64,000 nt of DNA from Trichoplax adhaerens (taxonomy: Eukaryota > Animalia > Placozoa): NCBI RefSeq assembly GCF_000150275.1, contig NW_002060943.1, forward strand, positions 794,239 through 858,238, read 5' to 3'. Each line of letters starts with the position of its first letter. The stretch's first letter is position 1. Of this stretch, positions 54,674 to 64,000 are shown piece by piece. The translations under genes and the position numbers were made by a program. The notes under the pieces were generated by a model. The model had not been told where the DNA came from. It searched no databases and saw nothing but the letters and a program-made list of their open reading frames with translations.

Positions 54674-57600
54674 ATGCAAAATTTACGTAAACCACCCAAA
54701 CAACAAGCAAATAAATTTATCCATTTATCTAGGATATTATTAAACTTATCCATCATATTCAATCTATCATTTCAACAATGTATGGCAACTAATCCTCAAA
54801 CAGGTAAAAAAATAATCTTTAAATCTTTAAATGAAAAGGACGCTATTTAAACTACGATCGTAAAGGCTATTTGTGTCAGAAGTATTGTCCATTTAATAAA
54901 AGACGCAAACAGATTATTTTCAACATCAATTGCTTAGTAACAACAAAATGTTTTCCTCAATTTTTATATTCATATCAATTACTTTTTTTAAAATAATATT
55001 GACTTAAATAAAGTTGAGTCTAGGGATATCTTCGTCTTCACTATCGATCGTGACCTATTTACATGGTCAACAAGGATTTACTATTTCTCTCTATTCTCTT
55101 CATAATCAATGTATGTGTAACAACAAGTTATTGAAAACTACGATTAAATATGAATGGTTTTATTCTTTCTCAGGTTAATTATGCTTTATTTACAGTATAA
55201 TAGGCATTCTGCTTGAGGTTAGCGTTACTTTTTTGTATAGCGTTTAGCATAGAGAATTGATCAGCTAAATAGGAAATCATTCGACTCCGATACAACAGTA
55301 ATCATATTAGCTATACATTATCCTAGCATGATAGTCGTTCTAGGATTTTACTAACACTCCCATTTCATACTATTCCACGATATCGATTCGTCGATCGCAA
55401 GGTAATCTTGTCTAATTCAAATTATCTTAGTATGATAATCGCTCAAGGATTTGATAATGCTCTCATTTTGATATTATTTAATGATTGATTTGTTAATTAC
55501 AAGATGACCTTTTGCTATCTAATCCAACCCACATTATCTTAGCATAATAATCACTTAGGGATTCTGATAATATTCTTAATCGATATTATAGAACGATTGA
55601 TTTATCAATTGCAAGGTAAACTGATCGTATCTAATCCAATTTTATTTAATTGCACTCTATATGGGTGCTTTAAACGATAGATAACATTCCCTATGGCATT
55701 GGAAATGCTACCGTTACAATTATTGGTAATCAAGCGACAATTATAATTCCATTTGCAGCCAACATTAATCCAGAAAATTTAAATCACGCTAAACATCTCA
55801 TATCTTATCAGTGGTTTTCCTCCAATTGCCAAACTGGTCAAGTCAACTTTAGGGACAAAACCAAGAGCAATCCTTTTCTCTACAACCTTCCATATGGAGA
55901 AATACACTATAGCTTCATCATTTTTAGCTTTTATACCTGTTTAAAAATGAAGGTCAATCTAACTAGCATAATTCAAGGTGATGTTCTAGCGAGTAATCAA
56001 AGTAAGGGAGTGGAATATGTAGATGTTAATCCTTACGTCCGTTTTTTTTCCTGGAGAACCAAGGACTACGGTAAATGAGACTATTACTTACTCATTTTAA
56101 CTGAATTTGATCCACTTTGATACTGGTATATTGCCCAGTCTTCACTAGCACTACCACTTTAGCAAATACAACTTGAAATAGTTGCAGTATCGGCGTGATT
56201 TTCTAGCTCAAAATAGAATCAGTTTAGTGTATTACAAAACCTTTTCATCATTTAACTCTACTTGATAGAAGTCGAATTGGTTGCAATAGTTAAGAGTGTC
56301 ATCAAGTCTTCTGCTCACTTCACTCTAAAAAGGAAAATTATACCAACATTAACATGACTTACTGATTTTAATTAAAATTTTAACTAATTTAATGTATTCT
56401 AAAGTCTCACTATCCCTTCATTTAAGTTGGTAGAACTTGAAATAGTTGCAGTATCAAACTAATCTCGTCATTTTAGTTTGGTAAACAGGAATTGAAATGG
56501 TTAGATTTATGACATGATGTTCTTCCTTTAATAATTACATTTGAACTAGTAAAGTGCGTTGAAAAAAACCATATCTTTTCTATTGAGTTGATAGAACTTG
56601 AAATTATTATCATATTAACGCTATTTCCTTACTAGAACTAAACTTGGACCATTCTATAGTGTTCTATAATCTTTCCAGCACTATTGCTTAGTTAATAGAA
56701 CTTAAAATTGTAGTAATATTGATGAGATTTTCTTACTGGAACTAAATTTTGGTCAGTCTACCGTGTTTTAAAGTCTTCATATCATTTCATTTTAGTAGAT
56801 AAAACTTGTAATTGTTACAGTATGGATAGGATACCAACATTCATTTAAGCAATATAGTATTTCATAGTACTTACTAAAGAATACCGGATGCTTAACTGAT
56901 TCAACTAATCACCAGTAATAGTATTCTCCACTGACTAAGGTTCAAATTTCACTGCCTTTTTTAAGCAACAAAAATGAATCGAATCGATCAGTCAGTCCAC
57001 CTTAAGCTTAGTACATCACGAAAGAATAAGTCATGATCTTCAAAGCAATGTAAATGATGATCTATGCTATCGATTAATCGATATTGGACATATGATTCTA
57101 TTCTAAAACACCGTTTCATTCTCTAGCAATACCAAATGCTCCCAGAAGAATAAGAATTAAAGCCGACTTAAGTAAAGAAGGAGCTCAAGTACTGATGGAT
57201 TCCAGTTCCTGGACTTACAACTTAATTGATAATAAATTAACCTGCCGGGTAAAGATAAAATCAATCAATCTAGCTGCAAACAAGAGTAAGGTAAGATTAC
57301 TATGGTTAAAATAATGCTAGTATTAACAACGGCAGAACTATTTAAATCCAATAATCATGATCACTGATGCGAAAGGAAAAAAATTAGTGATCCCATGCCG
57401 TAGTTGTCTTTTATTATCATCCTTCTGCCAGGTAATTTTAGTCATCTCTGATACCTCTCTACTACTATTGAATAATCTATGATAATTTTGAAGGAATGAT
57501 TATTCCCTAATTACAAATCGTCTTGCCTACTTCAAGTTCCATTCTTACCGTCAAGGCAGTCACAACTGCTTAGTAGTTAAAGGAAAAAAATGTCATGTCA

Positions 57601-60600
57601 TATCTTTTTAATTGCAGAACTAAAGAGAACTTCGGCAATTTAGTTTTCCTCGTAATGAAATGATTCCTCGTTACTAATTCATACCATTCGCCGATATTGA
57701 TTTTCATGATAGTCATTCACAATAAGCATTAGAACCAGGAATCATGCTACCAACAACTCATTGATAACTGAGTTATTTTTTCATTTTATCAAAATAATCT
57801 ACTCCATTTTTTGCCATTCTATCGTCAATCAAAAAGTTTTGCAATTCATTTTCGTTACTGGTAATCCATTCAACAAGACACACAAATACCAATTCTTTAT
57901 ATATTATATAATATAATTATAATTTCTTTTCTGACTTCTCTAGTGCATTAATTTCAAGCAAGACCGAATGAATTTCAGGTCGTGTAGGGTTAGCTATTTC
58001 TTACGGTAGTTTAGGAACAATATCACTGTACTATTACTGGATATGCAATAGGAATTCAGAGTTCTTATGGAATATATATTACATTTTATAGGGGGTAGAA
58101 AAACGCTATTGTTAAAGGAATGTCGAGATTCAATTAATCCGTTCTATATCATACAGTTCTTCATCTTTCCTATTGCATAGTCATAGCTAGATAGACTAAC
58201 TAAGTTATAAGTACTATTGACAACTACAGCTTTAAAGCTTGCTTAAACTTTAGCTATCATCTCTCGTATAAGAGATAGTTACGCTACTGTAATAAAAGTA
58301 TCTCTTAACTGTTCCATCTAAACTAATCTAACTTCTAACCAAACCATTATCTCAGGAAGATAGATTTTAGAAAAGGCTTTTGTTGCAGAGTTGAGAATAG
58401 TAAGTAGCACAATAATTAACTCGAACAAGAATCTAATCTAAATTATCCTAAGCCTAAAAGAAGTGAAGTTAAGTGTACTCCAAGCTCAACTTTGTAGTTC
58501 TTAAATACATTTTGTTTAATCTATTTACGAGGATAAAATTGCCAAAGATCAGACTTGAATCAACAAAAAGAAGACTTTTCCCCTAAGAGATCATCAATAT
58601 CTTTTTCTGTACAATGGAATCTGCACAATATATCACTACTCTTCTATTAATATCCAACACCCGTAAAGGTGCTGGCCATCTTCATAATTACAGTACATAC
58701 AGTCATATTGATCTATTTACCATACTTAGCTAGCTGACTAATATTCCTAATCAATAATTGTAATATGCCGTAGAAATTAACTATCACCTAATATTAATAT
58801 CACGATAATATCTATTCTTACAACCTAACTATGCTAAATAATTCTACTATTACTCCAATTAAATATGAAGGAGCATCACTGCAACTTTCTAATCGTCAAT
58901 TAGTACTAAGGAAAAATAAATCAATAGTATGCTCACTTTGCAGAGTTATTCATCTCAATAAAGATGATAAACTAACAAAGTCGACTTAACGAACTATAAG
59001 TCGTATAAAATTGATTATTTTCTCTTACAATATTGCCTATTACAGAATAGTCTGAACAAATTATTTATTTCATCATTTATCCATGCAAGAGATCTAACGA
59101 GAAATGCCTATGCTTTTAAATCATTAAGATAATTTAAATAAAATGGATTAAATTGACCTTATTTCGGAAACGGACCATACTTGCAGTATGCTCTATTTTA
59201 ATCTTCCCTATATAGCATATACCGAGTATCTATTTTATATTTTATGTATCAACATTACAATGTTTCTCATATTTTTCAATTACAATACGTAGAATTTAGG
59301 GATAGTATTTCCCATTGATTATGACAAAGTGCTTTAAAGATCAAAGCAAAGCCTTTTTAATTTCTCACAAAATCTTTTATATAAACTGCTCCTTGCATAA
59401 AAATATCAAGAACTATCAATCTTTACTTCTTCGGTCCAGAATTGTCTAACTGTTTACAACCAAATTTACAATTTGTATATATATATACAATTGATTACGT
59501 AGATTTTTACGAGCCTTATTGTAAAATATCTTGTCAATACGAATTGTGAATACTATCTACAAGTAGAAACTTGTAAAATTTGACAGTCTAATCAGCAAGT
59601 TGAACTATTTAATATAATCTTATAACCATATAATCTTAATCTTAAGCTCTTTGGGAGTTGCCCATATTAATTTGCTTTGTATCCATAAGAAATTTCTTAA
59701 AATTGGAATATTTGACAGTTAGCGTTACTGAGATCTTGTCATAGTCCAAAAACGAATTGCCATTACATTAGTAGCCTACTATCCTAACTCATAATAATTG
59801 CAAATTCTACCTTTAATACCGCTTATGTAAAGTATTAACGGAACTGATAGGAGAATGCTTGATGTAGCTGTCGCGCTACTAAAGTATGATTTTGGACTAA
59901 AATGACACTAAACAGGATTCTAAATTTGACCGTCAAAGACTATCTAATTTTAATTTCTGCTTTTTATTATTTTTAAGAACGTCACCGATGTAACTGCAGA
60001 AGACTTGACTTCATGCAAACAAAGTATTTTAAGCTGTAGATGTAAGATTAAACTACGGAAATTATCTTTTCTACAATTGCGAGGTTATGCGCTTTACAGT
60101 AAATCCGAAGTCAGCGGTCCATCCTCTCCTATCTACTGGGATAGTACTGGAGGTAATTATTTCAAAAGTCTACTCAAATAGATACTTGAAATATAGTAAA
60201 ATTTACGAGATATTTATCTAATAGCTAGTGTATTCCAAGAACATAGTAATTGATTAGAAATCGCTTTGATTTTAATAGCATGCTAAAATAGATTCAATAT
60301 TCCATGGATATAAAAGTTGCAACAATTCATACCGTACTAATTTGTAATTAAAGCAGTATAAGTAAAGTAAAATTTATAATCATAATATAATCGAGATTAA
60401 TTTCATTTTAGCTCATTTACTTCAATGAATGGCATGTAAATGGAGTGTAATAGTGTTATACAGCTAACGATTCTAACTCTGTCTGTTGATCAATAGACCG
60501 CATGAGCATGATTTGATAATCTCAACTAACTTTTGGCTTGTTTTATTTATTATAGCTTGCAAAACAATTACAGATATTTCTTGTACCGGAATGCTAAATG

Positions 60601-63600
60601 AGTACGAATGTAGGAATACAAAGGCATGTTTATTAATTATTCAGTTTTAAAATGGATCTTGTTGGCTAATTTGGGATAGTAGAACGATATTATTTAGGTA
60701 TTAATTAGGAAGGAATAGGCTTCAAGTAGTATTTTAGGCCGCCTTTAGGACATATTGAAATGTAACCTTGCTTTCTTCCCTACCCTATGCTATCTAGTCA
60801 TTATTTACCTACCTTTAGACATAAAAATTTATAGCTCTTAGTAAATATCGTTATATGCACAGACTATCAATTGCTACCATTTCAGAACATTGTACAGGTA
60901 GCAATAAATCGTTTTAATACGTTACAAGAAATAGCGAGATAGCCCTTCTGCTCGTCTTCAAAATTCGCAGTTGTAAGCAGCTACTATACTTTTCCTCAAT
61001 TTATACCCATGAGTACGCTACTACAAAACCAATCTCCAAAAATGAAGATAGAATAAATTTAAGCTGTTCTTTTGATCCTCCATGAACAGCTACTATAGTA
61101 ACACAAATGCTAAGCGAAATGATCTCCATTCAATCCATGTATTACAATATACCGATACTGAATACTTGATTATGAAGGAAAATGTACTAGAAATAATATG
61201 CTAGAATGCTGTATACTATTGTGATATATACCAATCACGAAATTCCAAATTTTAGAAAAATAAGGGCTTTATTCAATCTTATACAAAGATTAACTACACA
61301 GCTCTACTCTAGCCGAATACTACTTCTAAAGACTTCTACAACGAACTAACAGAATAATCTAAAGTTGCATGCTTTTATACTTTCCGTAGCATTCGCAGCT
61401 ACAATCCGCATGGCAACCTTTTACCTTATATTACACATAGTTAAATTATTCTTAGTAAGACTATTCTACTGCGGACCATCATTAATCCAATATGGATACG
61501 ACTACAGTACTTACATAGACATTATTCACACCAGCCAAAGTACAATGAATTAACCATATCCTAATATATGATTTACAGTTCTATTTTTACCTACAGCCAT
61601 ATTAGTAACTCAACAGCTTACTGTATATAGTCATCTGTACTCTAGCATAGAGTCTCTACCACTACAGTCTATAGTTACAGCTACCAAATATCTCTTAGGA
61701 TAAATATCTACCGTACATTATACTACACATGGCTAACAGTCTACAATCACAATACTAAGTTACATTACAACTATCTTTATTTAGCAGTCTAATCACTATG
61801 TTAAGTTCATATAGCAACTCTAAATATCTACCATATAGCTAAGAAAAGCATACAAATTCCTATTTAATGGTAATGATCAATAAACCTGCCGTCGATAATT
61901 ATAAGCTATACAAAGTAAATATAGAATTATGCATAATTATCTCCTTTACAATTTAGAACAGTGTAATTATTATTGACGCTGACACGACAGATACGCATAG
62001 ACTTAAAATTATTACTATTAAGATTCTCAGGATATTATGCTTATTTATTACTGTAAAATACCCCCAGGCAAGAAAGATGGGATTATTTTTCATTTTTACT
62101 ATCTAATGGAATTTAACAGTGCTGATTATTATTAATTTATCTTTTTATCAATTGTTAATTAAAGAACGATAGCCAGTTGTATCAACCTGTAGCTGATAAT
62201 ATCATCGTTCTGCAGAAGAGTAAAGATGGGAAATTAAATACAGTTGAAATTACTGGTAGGGATAATCTGCTATTTACATTAAGATCATCCGCGGATGCCT
62301 TGAGAAATCAAACATATGTCCTTAATTGCCCGATCGTTGCAATTCAAGATCGATCATGGAAATACCTCAACGAAACTGTTGGGTCGGAGTTTGAGCTAGT
62401 ATTAGCCAAAGCAACAGTCATCGATAAAACGCCTACAACTACAGCAAGAGCCTTTCCAATAGCAACGCCAACACCAACTTTCGGTACTGTTGCAGAAACA
62501 ACAAGTGAAATTATAATTACTACCGGGAATCCAAATTCCAGCACAACTGCTATAAAAAATACGACAAGTAGAATCATATCTCAGCATTCTTGGACTCAAA
62601 CAACTCTACCAAGCCTACGAGCTCAAATTATGCCCTGTAATAAATCTCTTCATACTTGACTTATGCCACATAAACCTACTCATCTATACGTTGTATAATT
62701 ATCGATGCTGGAAGTAATTTAAAGATTATAATAATTACCAATTTTTCATCATATAGACTTTACAGCAGCAATTATTGCATTTTGCGGATGCTCAGTAATT
62801 ATTTTCATGAGCCTATGCTACTATAAGTATGTCATACCGTATAAACATGGATGATACAATTAATTAATAGAATAATGCTATTTATACTTAATTCAACTCT
62901 ATTTCTAGCAATGTCTCTCATCTGCAGTTGTATCAAGCTAATATCTATTTCTTCATGAATTGCAGGTGTCACCGACCCTCTAAAGCAGGGTTATATATAA
63001 ACTCCACAATGTAAGTTCTTCTTTTCTGCATCAACAAATTTTATTCTACATAAATAGCGATAAATTAAAATTAATTGTGTAAAGGAAACATTGTAAAACA
63101 AACTTTCTCTTTATCTAGTTAGATTAAATCCAATCGTTAGAATATATTAGTCTCACAATATTAATTAAAAGTAGTTTCAAGTCTATTTATCGCACCCCAA
63201 ATAATCCCAACAATCTACAGTTGCAGCGTTACAAAATAGAGAGATTTAATACAAAATATATATACTATTCCACAATAATATTATAGTAAATTTAAATTTT
63301 ATATAGCACTTTACTAAGCATGTCTCATTTTGGAAAACCAGCTCTTTGCCATATAGGTGTAATCTGCACAAGTTTTAATTTGCTGACTTTGCTGACTATC
63401 TTATTTTTAGGTTTATCAAGGCTGAGCAGGCCATTGAAACTCGTAAGTTAGCGTCTTAAAATAATCTGTAATGTCATTAAATTAACTGTTAATTTTAATG
63501 ATAGCGATACAAGGCGTACCTCTCGCTCATAAATATACCTGTCAAGGATATAAACAAGCTTCTGTAATGGAAGTAAGTAAAAATTAATGAAAGTCTCTAG

Positions 63601-63972
63601 CAATATCTAATTGCTCATATCGACATAAGATTAAACACTAAACCTAACCTATCCTACCATTTTATTATTGTGTAGATCAAAGCTAATCCCCTGGCAGTTA
63701 ATTTAACTCAAAACGATGAGGAATGTTCAGTTGAGATCGGCGAATATCCCATCGAAGATAAGAATTTCATAGAGTTTGCTAGTCATTTCAACCAAGTCAG
63801 CAATTGTAAGACACCTAATATTCGGCCACAAGAGTTAACAAGGAGTCTTAGCAGTACATGTAGCAGCAATATACTCCATGATAGCGAATGTTTAATATCA
63901 GACCGATATAGCCGGGAGAATATAATAGAGAAGCAAGATGTGCAAAGAGCTATCGACTATGATTCCAACTAG
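54674..63972 (+). CDS. Uncharacterised single-pass type I membrane receptor-like protein, paralog B (~618 aa)
   Basis: Exons: 54674-54803, 55681-56070, 57127-57290 (AIPNAPRRIRI..), 59978-60152 (..VSGPSSPIYWDSTG), 60556-60623 (GC donor), 62177-62636, 62757-62826 (TM), 62966-63010, 63411-63442, 63547-63572, 63676-63972 (1857 nt, in frame). Motifs shared with paralog A: IG.A..TI.G....I.IPF, NCQ, F.YN...G...Y, TCLK..(I/V)NL, R.F.W, KI..INL, SSP(V/I)YWDSTG, C-x7-C-x8-C, I(I/V)LQK. The 68-, 70-, 32- and 26-nt exon sizes are identical. Confidence 0.82.
55280..55645. repeat. Degenerate tandem repeat, ~3.5 units of ~100-110 bp, intron 1 of paralog B
   Basis: ATTATC(C/T)TAG(C/T)AT(G/A)ATA at ~55317, 55421 and 55533; GATT...CAAG...TCTAAT.CAA at ~55385, 55487 and 55599. 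Confidence 0.65.
56165..56825. repeat. Degenerate tandem repeat, ~6 units, mostly ~95-105 bp, intron 2 of paralog B
   Basis: Core (G)ATAGAACTTGAAAT(A/T)GTT(G/A)CAGTAT variants at ~56170, 56265, 56430, 56590, 56695 and 56798. Confidence 0.7.
60624..62176 (+). other. GC-AG intron in receptor paralog B (contains solo LTR copy C)
   Basis: Donor AAG|GCATGT closes a 68-nt Cys exon whose paralog A counterpart (also 68 nt) ends AAG|GTAAGC. Confidence 0.78.
61220..61769 (-). mobile_element. Solo LTR family 1, copy C (550 bp) in intron 5 of receptor paralog B
   Basis: TGTGAT...ATTACA termini; TSD ACTAT (61215-61219 and 61770-61774); near-identical to copies A and B. Confidence 0.9.
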
Positions 63973-64000
63973 TCTTCGTTCTATTTATGATTTGTTTGCA

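Overview
AT-rich, intron-dense animal genomic DNA; the style and GABA-B-like expansion suggest a placozoan such as Trichoplax, but this is inference. The ORF track mostly shows single exons read through into introns, so I rebuilt gene models by hand from splice sites and paralog comparison. The left half (1-33.4 kb) holds a tandem array of three + strand class C GPCR genes of GABA-B type: one 3' partial and two complete (~872 aa and ~847 aa). The middle gene has an intact ORF but has lost the canonical intracellular G-protein/ionic-lock motifs. The right half (40.1-64.0 kb) holds two divergent paralogs (~578 aa and ~618 aa) of a single-pass receptor family I do not recognise: signal peptide, two FN3-like beta-sandwich modules, a Cys-containing module, S/T-rich stalk, TM helix and a Tyr-containing tail built from micro-exons. 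One of them has Box1-like and YxxQ motifs, reminiscent of cytokine receptors. Six solo LTRs from four sequence families are present, with TG..CA ends and 5-bp target-site duplications (five perfect, one with a mismatch); two sit in the homologous intron of the two receptor paralogs. Also present: a hAT-type MITE remnant, a 182-bp intronic palindrome, degenerate ~100-120-bp tandem repeats and two GC-AG introns.
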